64,000 nucleotides of DNA from Bigelowiella natans CCMP2755. Taxonomy: Eukaryota > Protista > Cercozoa. Positions 40,170-56,313 of this stretch are shown here, in pieces; position 1 is the first letter of the stretch; each line of letters opens with the position of its first letter. The stretch covers positions 3,249 to 67,248 of the forward strand of contig ADNK01003027.1 of NCBI GenBank assembly GCA_000320545.1, given 5' to 3'. A program made the translations under genes and the position numbers. The notes beneath the pieces were generated by a model. That model saw only the letters and a list, made by a program, of their open reading frames with translations, did not search any database and was not told the origin of the DNA.

Positions 40170-42900
40170 CGCTGCTGCTGCTATCAACCTTCTACCCACA
40201 TAACACAGGCTCTTGCAGAGATGTCAGAAACGATTCATTCGCAATCTCGAAGTAGTAGCAGTAGTATTTGTTGTTGTTGTTGTTGTAGTGCACGCTATTT
40301 ACAACTGATAATAAAAGTACGACTAGTTATTTTTAGCTCGATTGTTGTGTATGAATGAATCTTCGTCATCTTCTTGTTCACAATAAACAATACAACATAT
40401 TGAGTAATGACACTCACCTGGTATTCTTGATTAAATTATGATATTTATTTTCTTATTCATATAATAAGTGAGTCAATACAACGACTACTCGAGATCCTGC
40501 GGTTCCGAATTAGAAAAACCTAATGTTGGCCTCTTTAAGCCGAAAGTCGTCTCTATTGCTGGTGAGGATGTGTACTATGCAAAAATACAGAATATACTAT
40601 GTGTTATTGACGACGATGAAGGTGAATCATATCAGTACGTGATGGTGATGATGATGATGATTATGATGATGATGATAACGGAGAAAAACAACAGCATAAA
40701 GACAATAGAGATTTAGCTTGAAGCGGAATACTGATACATATCTCACTTTATATTGTTCCTGCTCATTAATACTCATTGATCATAGACAGTAGTTATCTTC
40801 TCCTCTTCATACCATTTCCTTTTTTCATTATTTGTTTTCATTGTTTTTTTAAAATAGCTTCCTCTTACATATTCTAGCTTATTGTATATACTACAAATCT
40901 ATCCACTCGTCTCTCATCATATTATCATTATATTAGCCAATACCATAATCTATCAATCCTTTGATACTACTGCTACTACAACTGCTGCTGCTGCTGTTGC
41001 TGCTACAGGTGTAGATCCATTAAATCCAGACGTGTTCTTGTGCTCAGTACGATCAAATATGGACGGATTCACGTTAGTAAATAATATATTTACATAAAGA
41101 TGTAAATAGTCATCACTACTTGCTCACATCAAATAATATATATAAGCAATTGATGACGTGACGATCCATAAAATACTGGTAGTTCCAGACATTGAGCAGT
41201 ACGTGCTACGACGAATATCAATATATAATGCATACTGTATAAGTCTTCCAACGTCTCCCAGCGCAAATCAACGCCGTTATAATATTGATTTCTTTTGATT
41301 CTCTCTCTTTTCCTCGTTTTTCTTCTTCCTTCAGCACATTTGAATTCGAAGTCAACATAAGAACCGATTCTATAGGTAGTAATAGTACTAATAGTAGTAA
41401 TAGTACTAGTAACTATGATGCATGGTGATGATGGTGCTTAATGAGATTGGATTATAAAGAAGTGAGAGAAGAATGAATGATGTGTGTGTACCCTTCCCTT
41501 TTTTATTTTCGCCTCTGCTGTTGCTGTTGTTGTTGCTGCTGCTGTCTTTTGCAGATATAATAGGAAAGGAATTCGCCGAAGATTTCGCTGAGGAAATGCA
41601 ACAAGATCCAGCAGGTGAATGATGTTTAATGATCTAAGTACTACAAATTTACCAACTCAAATAACATTACTTAGTTGTCGTCATTATGAAACAAGGAATG
41701 AGCCGATGTTTATATAAATTAAATGTGGGCATTTATGATGATAGTGTTAATAGTATTGAGTATTATTATTATGGCTAATACTAAATGATACTAATCATTC
41801 TAACACCATTCACCTGTTGGTAACAACAACAACAATAACAATAAAGTGGTGGCGAGAACACTGGAGAGAGCTCTAAATGAGGCATTTCGGAAGAGACCTC
41901 CAGATCCCCTTTCACCTCTATCAGAAAGAGGTGATAATGATGATGATGATGATGATGATGGTGATCGAGAATATTCTATACGAAACATTGATTGGGTTTT
42001 TCCGACATCATCGCTCTGATCTTGCTGTGGAAATAGTCGTCGTCGTCGTCAGTGTTCTCGGTGTTTCTAAAATAGATTCAGAATGCAAGAATGTAACTAC
42101 TACTACTACGGTTATTATTAACGCTTACACCACTACAAACACATTTTGTTACCATTGCTCAGGCAAAGAGGTTTTGAAGCATAAATTGTCTCAAGTCGTT
42201 CACCTTCTTCATTTAAGTATTGATTACAATGAATGATGATGATGATGATGAGGATGATGATGAGGATGATGATGATGATGTTGAAAACAACAAAATTGAG
42301 TGAAGTACTGATACTCTTTTTCATTATTCATAGCTGAAGAAGATTCCTTTTGTTCTTATTTGCTTCCAATTGATATCATATTGATGTTGATTCAGATTGA
42401 TATTGATTCATTTTGGTGTACAATTATAATAATAAGGTTCACACGAGCTATGTATCACATCCCTTGCAGAAGTGGACAGGCTTATGAATGACGACGACAA
42501 AAATACTATTAACAAGACGAAGAAAGACATCGAAAATCCGTATTACTAAAAACAAATATAAACAATAATAACATTCCTGCTGTAGCGATAGACATGTGGT
42601 GGTGGGAGCATGCAATTTTACACGAAGACGACACCAACCAAAAACTGCATCATGTGCATCACACATAGCCTTTACAGACAGAAAATACCAAAAACTGTGT
42701 CACAACTTTTACAGAACTTCTTCCAAATTTGTATAGTAGAGATAGTTGAGACTGAGTTATACTTATTGTTGTGCCGTTAAATTAACAGATTTCTGAGAAC
42801 TATGAAGAAGAAGATGCCGTACTACATTCTACTACTTTCATTACTACACCTACTTCATTCTTCTTCTTCATCACATTTTTTTAATATCAGTTTGTGATTG
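38329..42900 (+). CDS. Multi-exon hypothetical coding region; possibly the 5' part of the downstream STAND NTPase gene
   Basis: ATG at 38329 (MAASNPYLDAVNEH|gtaag), then a chain of GT-AG exons, e.g. DKGPAAHRERREAWLAFLERK, IGKEFAEDFAEEMQQDPA, VARTLERALNEAFRKRPPDP. No firm stop codon found. Confidence 0.5.
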
Positions 42901-43189
42901 ATCTTCCTCCTCCTTTTTCTCCTTTTCGCACATCATCATGTGTAGCTGCCTGTCCATTTTGATGATTCCAAACTCTGATACATGAAATATGATGTGTGAT
43001 AAGAATAGCACGCACTGTGTTTAAGATTATTTTATTGGTTAATAATGCCTAGAGGAAATTATTATGATACGATGAGTAATTACTGATCAATGTAATTCTT
43101 ATCATGATAGTCGTTCTTGTGAGCAAGCGTCATCATCATGACATATCTCTCTCCCACATCTCCTGCGATTCATCTTGATTGTAATAATC

Positions 43190-44645
43190 AGACGTGATTG
43201 GGAAGGCGCTGACGACGACAACGACTTGCAGGAAGACGATACTAAGAAAAAGAAGCAGAAAGTCTTATTAGGCGACAATAAGACGGCAACAACACCAAGA
43301 AGCGGGAAGGTAGTAGTAGAGGATGAAAGCCTGTAGTAGTAGCAGTAGCATTAGTAGTAATACATAGTTGTAGTTGGAAGAAAGAGAGGAATATGCGAAT
43401 CATGACAATAAGACATGTTGCTTACTGCACGGCTGCTTCAGCTGCTAGGCCACGATGAACGTCTCCCTCCCTCCCTCCCTCCCTCCCTCCCTCCCTCCTC
43501 TTTACAATTGATCATTATCCTCCTCCTCCCTGCTTGATGATGATTCATGGCTGCTAGACAACAATTAGTGTCCTCAGTGCTGCTTTTCAGTTCCAGTACA
43601 TTAACACCATAACCCTACTACTACATCCAATCCTACCTACCTACCTACATTCCTACCTATCTACCGACAGCAGCAAGGGGGGAACGATGAGCGCCTTAAG
43701 TTGCCGCCTTTATCCAGAGAGGAAGCTTACAGATTTGGGGAAATCGAACCCTCAGTAGGGTACTGATGTAGATAAAGTAGTTAGCAGTGGTGATGTTTGT
43801 GGTAATATCGTCTTCTTGATGATTTATGAACAGTAATAATTGAGCCTCCATCTTTCAGATATATCGCAGAAGCACGACAGAACGAATGGGAGGGTAGTAG
43901 TAAGTAGCAGCAGTAGTAGCAGTGGACTACAAACGTGTTATGAGACGGGAAAGAAAGTAGTCTCGATAAATCAAAGAGGAGAAAGACTGAAGAGAATAAT
44001 AATAACATACATACTTGGGGTGAGAGACAGAGGAAGGACAGCACATCGATGTTTAGTATCGTAGAATACATGATCGGCATAATTGATCGCAGCAGCAGCA
44101 GCAGTATCAGCACTCTAAACATCTGCTCTCACACCACCATTTACTGCTGCATCTAACATCGTAACTAGTAAGAGAAATCTCACTCGTCGTCAAATGATGT
44201 GCGTTGTCGTCATCGTCACCATCGTCATCATCGTCGTTCTTGTCACAGAATTACAGAGGAAATGGTGGACTAACAACAAGAAGTGCTGCCCTCATGTAAG
44301 TCGATCTAAGTGGTAAATTTGATAATGTTGTGAGTTTGATCATAGCGATAAAACGTGTATGTTCAGCAACACCACCACCCACCAACTGATGGTTGTTGTA
44401 GCAATGGGTCTACAAGTACCTCACATCCAACTGTTGATTGCTATAGCGATGGACTCACAAGTTTCTCTTTCGGCTACTCGCTGACTCCCTTTTTACTATT
44501 TTCTCTTCCAAGATATGATAGATATGTAATTACTGATTACTGATTCAATGCGCTTATTCTTTGTTGATGAGCTGTCGTTACCATGCAACCTCCATCTCAC
44601 CCTGCTACTACTACAACTCATCATAAATATTATCAATGTTACTTT

Positions 44646-44678
<33 letters not shown>

Positions 44679-46138
44679 CAAAGGTTCTCTTGGTTGTTGG
44701 TGCGAGGGGAGTTGGTAAGAGCGAATATGCGAGCTTTGTGGCAGGCACACTGACGCATCTGATTCCACGATTTGAGCCCGAATTTCAAGGTGTTCTTCAT
44801 GTATTGGCATGGATAAATCTTGCAAGAATCACCAATCATCGCCCAGTCAATCAATTAATCAATTAATAATAATCAGTACGTTTCAAGTATTCTAGTGCTT
44901 TGGGCTCTATGTCTAAGTACACCGAAGCACTTCTAGGCAGGTACTGAGTAGTAAACTAGTATTTGTTTCTATAAATACTATCATCTACGAATTGATTGCG
45001 CGGGGTGTATTGTGGTAATTGGTGTATGAAGATGCTCCTAATACTACTTCTACTACTGCTACTGCTACTAACCTTCTTTAACTTCACCTTTTTATACAAT
45101 TTACTATCCACTACTATAGTAGTAGTAGTAGTAGTAGTAGTAGTAGATTTGAAGACCACAACAGGAATTCTAATTATTCCTCTTGTGATACTATAAGTAG
45201 TATGTTCATTGCTAATTACTATCCTAATGCGTCTTATTCTTTTACATCTGATATGATCCTCCTCCTCCTCCTCCTCCTCCTCCTCCTCTACTACCACTAC
45301 TAATACTATTTCAAAAACAACAACAACTACTACTACCACTACTACTACCATTAGCGGTAGTAGAAATGCGGCGGATTGGAGGAAGGATGTAAAGCGGAAA
45401 TTGAAAGAAGATCCCACCAGCATCATTAAAACTCTTCTACTCCCAACTCCTACAGTTAATGTACCGGTAGTGGATAGAAGAAGAAGAAGAAGAAGAAGAA
45501 GAAGAAGAAGGAAAAGTAGTAAATCGGTATATTTTCATGAACTCATAACATGTGTTTCTCTAATTCTCAGATATCGCTCGAGACCGAAAGATATCAAGCA
45601 CTGAGTTTTAAAAGAAGTAGTGAAATAGAAGAGAGGCGAGTTGTTGTAGTAAGTAGTAGTAGTAGCTAAGATCGTATTTACCATACAACACACGTATTAG
45701 ACACATATCACCTACGAAATAGTCAAGAAATTGTTAACTCTAAGTTGTTGTAGCTACTATTGTACTACTACTTCTACTACGACCTTGTAATAGTGCAGAA
45801 ATAGTACCAGCAGCATCAGCACAAAAGAAATTAATGTATATTCTACTGTTACAACTCAGAGTTTCTCCGTAGAGCTGGAGTAATAGTTCTCGATGACGTT
45901 CCATCATCATGTAGTGCCACCACCACCACCAGCAGTAATAGTAGTAGCAGCAGCAGTACGGGTGGTGTCTCGGCTCTGGAAGAGATTATGGCCTCGCCTC
46001 TTTGGCCAAGAGAATCATCATCCTTCAGTAGTCAACATTATGTGTTGATAATCACTACCCGGAGCCTTCCATTTCCTACAGAGAGACTACCAACCAATGT
46101 GGTCAGTGAGAGGGTGGTGATGATATTTTTATGAGAGA

Positions 46139-46184
<46 letters not shown>

Positions 46185-46307
46185 AACCGGAGGGAATATG
46201 AAAATATATAGCACGATGATACCTTGGATTACCCTTTACATACATGTGTATGATCGTCATCATCACCTTCATCCTCATCATCATCATCATCATCATCATC
46301 ATCTATG

Positions 46308-46347
<40 letters not shown>

Positions 46348-48228
46348 AATATATAAATATGTTCTCTGTTCCAGGTTGTCCAGAAGTTGGGCAGTTTCGA
46401 CCCTATTACAACTTGCAGGTAGTAGTAGTAGTAGTAGTAGTAGCAGCAGTCAGTTGCGCTTCTCTCCTCTCTCTTTCTCCACTCTAAAATCGAATAATTT
46501 GGTAATTTCACTTTTCTGAGCTCCGCTTTGAAACACATTACCCGTAGGCTAGTAACCACCACCACCACCATCACCATCACCATCATTCTTTTGCTGCAGC
46601 CCCTTGTTTCTTCCTTGTGACACATACATACATAGATACATACACACACAGTGTGATGATGTCTTACATGGAGGATGAGATAGACACAATCTGTGGAGAA
46701 GGAGGAGGAGGAGGAGGAGGAGGAGGAGGAGGAGGGCAAGGCACTGGTAAGTGAGTGGGCTTGAGAACTATTACAGTAGTAAGTAGTAGTTGCAGATGAC
46801 CTGGGGGAAATGGAGAAGAGGGAAGGAGATGATGTTCCCAACCAATCACCACTCGTTATTCGCTGTCTTTTACTATTAGTTTCTTTTATTTCGTCGTATC
46901 GTCTACTTTTTCACTCGTTTGTACAATCTTTTCTTTGTATGTATCGTAGTCGTAGTCATCGCCATCATTATCATCATCGTCATTGTCATGGAAACCTTAA
47001 CAATCAGGAGAGGGGGGAGAAGGAGCATCGTCGTTTTCACCACTTGATGAGAGACGAGATCAGATTATGTGCTCTCTAAAGCAGCTTGCCTCGCATACTG
47101 GAGGGGTAGTGCGTGAGAGAGAAAAAAATATTCGTCGTGATTAGTGATTCCCATAATAGTGGTACTACTACTACTACTACTACTACTACAACTACTACCA
47201 CTACTACTACTACTACTAGTACTAGTCCTATCTGGAGCAGGACTGCGTGAGATACATATCCATACGAGTAGTTACAGTAGTATTGCTATTAGTGAATAGT
47301 AGTAGTAGTAGTAGTAGTAGAAGTAGTAATAGTAGCAAAAATAGAGAAGCAGAGGAGGAGGAGGAGGAGGAGGAGGAGGAGGAGGAGGAGAGAAATGGTG
47401 AGATGATGAAAATAATGTTACTTGCTTTCAGCTTCTATGATACAGGTAGATAGACAGATGATAAGAATGTAGATTACAATGGGAGAATGCACATAAATAA
47501 TATAGCTAGTACTTTTACCAAGGAAAGAGTATCTAAGTTATAGAATTAAACAGGTAGGACTAGGAATAACGATGTTGTCACAATTCGCAATTTGGAGCGC
47601 GAAAATGGCAAAAGGTGGGTGAGTAGTAAGCAGTCGATAAGGAAGATATATAATATTATGACAATAGTATGAGAACGTTAATGAAAGAAGAGAGACGATA
47701 GGAAAAAGAACAGAAGAGAGGGAGGGTAGAGCTCATTACTTTTGGGGGAAGAAAAGAGGATAGGAAGAGAGGCTTTGAAATAACTATCTCGTAATACAAA
47801 CAACAGTGTTAGTTATATACATCGTTGTGCGCATAGAACATGTTAAACTGGATTATTATTATTATCACTATTATTATTGCATTAATGGTAAATCTAGCTT
47901 CTTATCTCCTTTTCCATTGCTACTACTAACATTGAATACCGCTACTACCATTATTACTTTCATTATTACTACCATCCAGTCAAAGGCACAACGCATTTTT
48001 GTACCCATCTCACTGAGGTGCTTTTCAGTAGAGTAGTAGTAGCAGCAACAGCAGCAGCAGGAGCAGCTGCAGCAATGGCAGTAGTCACATATGCTATAAT
48101 ATCTTTATAGTGAAATGCATGCTCTTGGTTTGGTCACTGTCGCATGATGATAATGATCATGATGATACACAATTAGTCTTCCTTCTTTCATTTTTAATGA
48201 TTCTTTTGTCATTGAAATTCTCCTACAA

Positions 48229-48295
<67 letters not shown>

Positions 48296-48488
48296 ACTGG
48301 TGAACCTACATCGATGCGGGAGATTTGCTTCCTATCAGAACTGTCTAAAAAGAGAACTAGAGAAATTTGATGCACCCTCCTCTACAATTTGGACATCCTT
48401 CTCCTTTGTTCCCTTCTTAGTAGTTTCTTTGTAGCTGACAACATCAATGATGATGACGCTAATACCCTACAACTACAACAACAACAAT

Positions 48489-48523
<35 letters not shown>

Positions 48524-49229
48524 AATGTTGCAAGATTGCTAAGTCCCTTAAGATGGAGAAAATGCTCACAGAAGAAGAGAAGGTGAAGTGTAAATCATTG
48601 AGACTACTTTCCTCCTGTGTAGGAGCAGGATCAGCAGCAGCAGAAAAAGAAGAAGATATATTATTACTACAAAAAGACGCCAAGGGAATCATCATCATCC
48701 TGCTCTTCATTTTCCTCCTCATCCACCTCCTTTTGATTACCGCAATTCAATCAAATTTTTATCATTTTCATTCCTGTTAATAATTGCTACTTAGATTCTA
48801 TCTCAATGCGATCTAGACTCTTTCAATCCACCTTTCCATGTATCTCCTCGGTAGTAGTAGTAGTAGTAGTAGAAGAAGAAGAAGAAGAAGAAGAAGAAGT
48901 GGTAGTAGTAAGTAACAGTAGTGCTGATTGTGTCAGTAAAATTCATAAAATCAAATGAGAAATATTTCACGTGATCATCATGAATAATAGAAATAGAGAC
49001 TTCATGAAATCAACAAAAAGAGCTACGACAGAATAGTGAATTCCTCATTTTATTTCGCATAGCAGCAGCGAGTAGTATTTGTATTAGTAAGTAAGTAACA
49101 AAAGATACTCGTACCACGACTTCCATCACTACCTTCTTTCTCTGGCAGATGCATCATTGACCATACACAACTACGAGAAGCTGCTGCTGATTCAAAACAT
49201 GGTCGCGTGCCTTCTGTAGCTGGAATACC

Positions 49230-49261
<32 letters not shown>

Positions 49262-50379
49262 ATAGTAGAAATAATGGGCAGAACAAACAAACAATTGTTA
49301 TTTGACTTACTTCTACTCTTACCATTATTCATCATTTTGTCGTCGTTGTCATTAAATATATTATAGTCTTTCTGCATTGTAATCCAATTTTTTGATATTT
49401 GAACTCATCACTGTACCTCTCTTCCAATTTCAGGAGGAGGAGGAGGAGAAGGAGGAGAAGGAGGAATTGGAAGGAAAAAGCGGGTGGGAGAGTTGGCGGT
49501 CCTGTCGCTATCGAATACACCTCGGCTATCTCGGTAGTAGTAGTAGTAGTAGTAGTAGTAATTGGTGGTGGTGGTGGTGGTGGTGGTTACCCTCATATTG
49601 TTTAAAATTGATGATGATAAGGATGGTAATGAGGGGAGCAATGGCTACTGATGTATAATATCCCAGATGCTTTGGATACGTATTCGCACGACTACCAAGA
49701 ATAGCACGTGGGGTCTTTAGGTACACTACATTGATACTACATACAATCATCCTTGTTGCCATCATTTTCATTATCCACCACCATACCAACCACATCCAGC
49801 GGCTAATGCTTATGATCATAATCATCATTATGCCATTGTTTAGAGGATTATTTGTTTTTGGAGGACCTTTCTCTGCATCCATGGTGTGCGAGCTTCTACA
49901 AACAGTACGTTTGCTTACCATTATTGGACGATAATTTTGTTTTATCATCATCATCATCATAATCATATCATGGTTCTCATCATTATCATGTAAACTATAC
50001 CAATCTAATAACTCGATGAACTACTTGTGTGAAGTCAAATGCTTCCCCGCACCCCTCCTTAACATAATTAATAGAATGATAAAAGGGCAGTCGAAGAAGC
50101 ATTGAGTATCCTGTGTACATGCGATTTTATCTCTGAAGATACAAGAAAAATAGTAGTAGCAGCAGATCCAGCTTTCCGCGACAATTTAGATGATGAACGT
50201 TATAAAGAGAAAGATAAGAAGGATAATGAGACGTCAAAGATGGCTGCTGTATCGAAAGGGCATCATCATCATGTGGCAGCATCATCCATAATGTCTGCTA
50301 AGCGAGAATCATTATGGTCTATATTCGCTCGTGACGATCAAGATCGACGAGCGCAAACTTTGATTCAAAAAAGGTAGTA

Positions 50380-50419
<40 letters not shown>

Positions 50420-53090
50420 TGAGTATGTACGTCGTGCGCGTGCGTGTATGTATCTAAGTATAGTATCGACGAGATCCAAACGCATGTACAGTCATTGTTC
50501 GGCATTTTATCTCTTCAATTACCTATAATTTATCTTTTTCACTTATTTTAAAATACGTGTATCGAGGGTATTTTAGAAAGAATAGTAGCTGCAGCTATAG
50601 AAATGTGAAGGACAACTAACCAACCAAATACCTGTTTTTCCATGTAGTATGAATAAAAACAATTTCATCGATTTTGCTGATTTTTACATATATCCTGTTC
50701 TCCCCTCTCTATTTGTTTTCCCGTCAAGATTTATCTTTAAAGATAAGCATATTGAGAGAGAAGGAGGAGAGGAAGGAGCTTGTCCTCTAAATAGTGATTC
50801 TAAAATGATTTTTGGTTGCCATCAGTACCAAATGTCGACGCTACCTGATGAATGCTTCTCAATGGAAGTTCTGTTATCTTCTTAACAGGTAGCAATCCAT
50901 CAATATTGTTTTCTTGTGTCTTCTTGTATAAGTATTATTATTGTTTGTGCTCTTCTTTTCTGGGACCTTAAAGAGTGAGAAAAAGGCCTTCATCATCTCG
51001 TCTACAAGGCGGAAAGATATCATCATCATATGGTATTTGTGTCCGGCAACGATGATGATCACGACGACGATAATGATGATGTTGATAATTTTAATAATGA
51101 TGATGACGATGCGAGCCAAAATCAATCTCGTCTTCTGTTATGCAGAAAGTAGTGAGGCAGCTCATAAACAACGACTTTGGCTGCGTGATCTCTCTAGGTG
51201 ATAGGTTTATGCCTGATAGCTCTCTGTCTATACCAATGGTGCTCGCATCGTTAATACTGTCAGCTTCGATTTGTAAAAAATGACCATTAGACATGCATCA
51301 TTTCGCAAATCAAGGATCTTTACAATTTATGTGCATAATTCTGTTCAGATTATTGCACACCAACTTTTTCACATGTACTTACTCTCTCTCTCTCTCTTCT
51401 CCCCTTCCTCTAATATGCAACAATCATGGATGATCATGGCAATTTACTAGAAACTACATTCGATTGTGTCATCGGTTTTGGAGGAATCTTTGTGTTGCCT
51501 ATCTTGGAGCACACGAACCCGAAAATACTACCGCACACATCGATTTGGTATCAGCTTTTGATGTCAATACAACACACATATACGCACATATACGATAACA
51601 TATACCGAGCAGGTTCCTCCACTAGGTGCACTAAATGGCGAGACTGTGAATATCGCCCACAAAGAAGTGCTCTTTATAGCACAACTACATCAGGTGCTAA
51701 TGAATAATGGAATTATAGCCCACCTCGCCCATCTCTACTCTGTAGCACCACCTCGCCCATCTCTACTCTGTAGCAGCTCAAAAAGAAACAATATAAAGTC
51801 GCATTACTATTTTCTACTACAGCTACTACTATTACTCTTGTACAGTGTTGCCTCCACCATTAATGTATTTATCTATCATCAACACATTCAGGCAAGTATA
51901 CCGTGTGCCGTAGGACTAGCCCTGACAATTCGAAGTGACGCAGTCTCTTGGTTTCATGTAATATTAATTAATAACTAATGTAGTAGAAGCAACAAGAGCT
52001 ACCATTATGAGTGAATATTATATTCCTTTATCGAATTTTCAACACTCTAATTTATTTACTCAATTAACGATCTTTATCTTTTGTTTTTCGTAGGGACCAG
52101 GACTCTCTTTACTTGGATTTGTGGCGAAGAATCAAGAGTAATTCATATTGTTTTGTAACAAAGAAGAAGAAGGAAACACACACTAGTACGATAGTCACAC
52201 ATGTTCTGAGATTTTGTATATGAAGTCGTTCTGTTGAAAAACCATGATGAAAATAAATGCTTCGTTGTTATCATTATTGTCGTCGTTAGAGTGCAAATTC
52301 TCCGTCAGCAGCGCCTGGAGCGACATTTGAGAAAGAAGACGCAGCAGCGTGGGAAGGAGGGCATTAGAACTCATGAAAATGAAGTTGGTGATGACGATGA
52401 TGATTTAAATGATGCTGCTTCTGATGATAATAGCAGTAGTAGCAGCAGGAGCAGCAATGCTGAGAACGACGATGAGGACATTTTGATATTCGGCGATGCA
52501 AGATTAGGATTGTTATGTCCCGAAAACCTTCATCGGTGGGTTAGGAGATATTCTGCATCACTATTACTAATTGATGCAAGGACAGAAATGCATTTTGTGG
52601 GATGATGATAAAAGAACAATTTAGAATAGATCGTGTGGATTCTATCCTCGATACTTTCGCATCCCCCTCCCCCTTATGATATGTGTGTTACCGTTTTGTT
52701 TTCTTTTATTTCTACAGATTGATCTACTCGTCTAAGATTCTCAGGGTGATTATTTCTCAATGCATACTCCTACGCTGTAAATTCTATTATGGTGTTGGTG
52801 ATAATCATCATCTCTGTGTGCGTACGAGCGTGCATGCATGCTTCTGCTATAATTCTATAAAAATGCGAAATATTTACTGTTTGTTCTTTTGGCGAACTTG
52901 AGATGGAAATCTCGGATTAGAGAGTGTAATATTCAACAATCTTGATTGTTCAAGAGAGAGCAGGGACAAAAATAAAACAAAGTTAGATAGCAGCGACATC
53001 AATAAAATTATTCACGATATATTCACGATATATATATCGTCAAATCCTTCGTTTGTCAAGGCATTCTACAGTGCTTATGTGCGATTAAAC
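43190..53090 (+). CDS. STAND (NB-ARC/AP-ATPase-like) P-loop NTPase with winged-helix domain; multi-exon, boundaries uncertain
   Basis: Walker A VLLVVGARGVGKSE (44684). Walker B GVIVLDDV and sensor VLIITTR (45860-46060). LKQLASHTGG (~47080). Phase-consistent exons CFGYVFARLPRIARGVF-RGLFVFGGPFSASMVCELL-QTNDKRAVEEALSILCTCDFI (49667-50135) resemble the STAND winged helix. Confidence 0.68.
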
Positions 53091-53257
53091 ACGATGAGTA
53101 GCTCCTCGACGTGAGACAATAATATGAAAAAAAAAATCTGCCTTTCTTATTGATGTTATTCTTGCGTTACATACTAGCTTTGCTCTTAAATCTTCGAATT
53201 TAACTAAAACTATTCTCTATTTTTCTATTTTCATCTCTTGGTTCCCTTTCCTCTCTT

Positions 53258-53300
<43 letters not shown>

Positions 53301-53369
53301 ATTCGGAACTTTATTTCTTCCGTCACTCCTGGAGGCAATTTCAATTTAAATACACTATTTCTGTGATTA

Positions 53370-53995
53370 CAGAGGAGCGTTACCATTATCTTCATTTGCT
53401 CCAAGATCTGCTGCGAATAAAATAGATTGGAAGGGAAAGTCTACAGAATGGAAATTCCTGGGTACAATATAATAAAAAATGGGACATATGATAAATAATG
53501 GGATTTCTCAGTATACTCCCTCATAATAATTTTACATTGTACCCTCGTCCATACATCATGCAGCTACACCATGGATAAAGCATTCCATCGATTCATATTT
53601 CTCAGACAAAAGAGAAAGGGCTGTTGTTGTTTATGCAGCAAGGAGAGCAAGGGGGTACATATCTATTTTTTTATTTACATCATGACAGTGTGCTGCTGTT
53701 ACTGATGATGATAATAAAAATGATAACTTTGTGAGTAATATATTGATGAGATATGGTACTGTGTATTGTGGCGTTGTTCTCATTTTATGCTGCCTTGCTT
53801 CTGTATTTTGTGTTGATAAATAATATCATGATAGATGGCTTGGAATAGCGTCAGCCTATGAAGAGACGGAACAATATCAGCAAGGTACTCGTGTATGTGT
53901 AAAAGTATACCTGCATATACTGATATTCATTAAGAAAAATTTACATATACAAATATATAAAAGTATATGTGTGTAAAAAATACATAATTGAATGT

Positions 53996-54039
<44 letters not shown>

Positions 54040-54157
54040 ATATGTGTCTCCATATGTGTGCATCTATTTTATAAATATTCTATTCATGTGCATGTACACA
54101 TGGATGTGGTTGTGTGTGTATGTATGTTTATGTATGTGTATGTATATATTACCTGAA

Positions 54158-54216
<59 letters not shown>

Positions 54217-54234
54217 TTATGTGTGTGTGTGTGC

Positions 54235-54277
<43 letters not shown>

Positions 54278-54989
54278 CATTCGAAATATGCCTTTTCTAG
54301 GGTGTTCATGATGTGATGATACGTGACAATCAAAGAAACAGTTGTGCCAACAGAGTAAACTTCTTGGATGTATATTTGAAATCAGGATTTGAGAGCTTTT
54401 CTGCAGCCTTTGGAAATCTGAAGATTAATCTAGAGTCAGTAAAAGCTCGGCCATCAACTTTATCAATATGATTTGATATCTGTATTAGATGCATTGAAAT
54501 TTGAGTTATTTTTCTACTAAGAAGTTAAAATTCTTCTTCTGTTCTTAACCTAAATTATGTCTCTCCACTGGTTAGCTTGGCTGCAGTTCCAAAACAAAAT
54601 GCGTACATGGATTATGCGGCATGGCATCTAAAGTATGATGAACACCGAATTTTTTTTGCTTTACATATTTAATAGTAATTTCTAGGATTTATATTAAATT
54701 TTCCAGCGTATGTGGATATAGTATTTTTTGGGGCACTATCTTGATGCTAACTCGTTAGTTAATGCTTGATTCTATTCAAACAAGTGTAAAAAATTTTTAT
54801 ATCATACATTTTTACAAGTCAGCAATAACCATAACCTTAATTTGATTAATAGTTGATTTACACGATAGGACCTAGAATCTAACTTAGAATTAATTTTATT
54901 GCTGTCAGATGTATAGTTGGATTATGTAAATCGGCGGCACGTACGAAAGGAATACATCTTTCTATTAAGTTCGTTTATGTGTGTGTGTG

Positions 54990-55034
<45 letters not shown>

Positions 55035-56218
55035 ATGTCGATCATATAATATACGCGTCAACAATATCTCTGGGAGGGCATTGGAATTTAGTATCTGTTA
55101 GATAGAGTATATAACAATATTCAAAAAGTTATCAGCATCGATTGTGATGATTAACAATGACACGATATACCAGATATCTTGAAAAGGCTGTTAAACTGAT
55201 TGCTCCACTTGCAAGGTGCTCTTGTTGAGCATTTACTCACTATATTCGTGATTTCAAAAGAAAAGAGACTCCGAATATCGAAACATTACAAAAATTACAA
55301 TAATAATATTTCTGTAATGTATCTTTTGGAAACATCAAATTCCATTGCAACGATACTAATAATAAAATCGTTTCTTTTATATTTGTCGTCATCGAGGTAG
55401 CTCTTTGTCGTCACTACGAATCAACATAATTATCTTTGCAATTTTGGGTTGGTGTTTTCTTTTCCTGTTCTGATGCACAGGGCTAACCCAATAGCTACGA
55501 ATAAATTTTCGCTTCTCCCTTCGTCCAGAATACTCACCAATCAAAATCGAAGAAAGGAGAGGTAGAAGATAATACAGTAAACAATAATGGTAGGATTTGA
55601 CACAAAGGGCGATGATATCTGAAATCTTTCTGATTAAAGACAGGAAAGATCTCTCTCACTTTGGATCGGCTTAGCAAGACTAAAGACATTATCGATCGAG
55701 CTTCACACTAAGGTTTGATTTTATTGAAGATTAAAAGAAATTTAATGATGATGAGATCATGATGGCATAGATGGGAGCATTTCAAAACGCGATTGATGAC
55801 CGGGAGGAGGTACGTAACATGAAGTAATAGTGATGCTTATATGTATTTATGGAATGTGTTATATGATAACGGTGCAAGATTAAGAAATATATTTATGATG
55901 AGCAATGAGTTATGAGGTAAAAACGGAGCTTCTCATCCATAATTATATCTCATCGCAAAGTGATATAATTTTTAGTATGATCACAGATGCACATTATTAT
56001 CAGTTCTCATTGAAATTAGAATAGTCAAATATCTTCCGCTATGCTATGCACACGTGTGTTTTCTTTTTTTATATTTGGTGCTCACGAATGTATCTAGGTG
56101 GGGAAAATATGCAGATTAATAGGAAATTCTGTCTCCACGAGGTTTCATAGCCACCAAGTGCAAAATTATACAGAAAATTATATTTTACTGACTTTTCTAC
56201 TTTATTCTGTCCTCCCTT

Positions 56219-56313
<95 letters not shown>

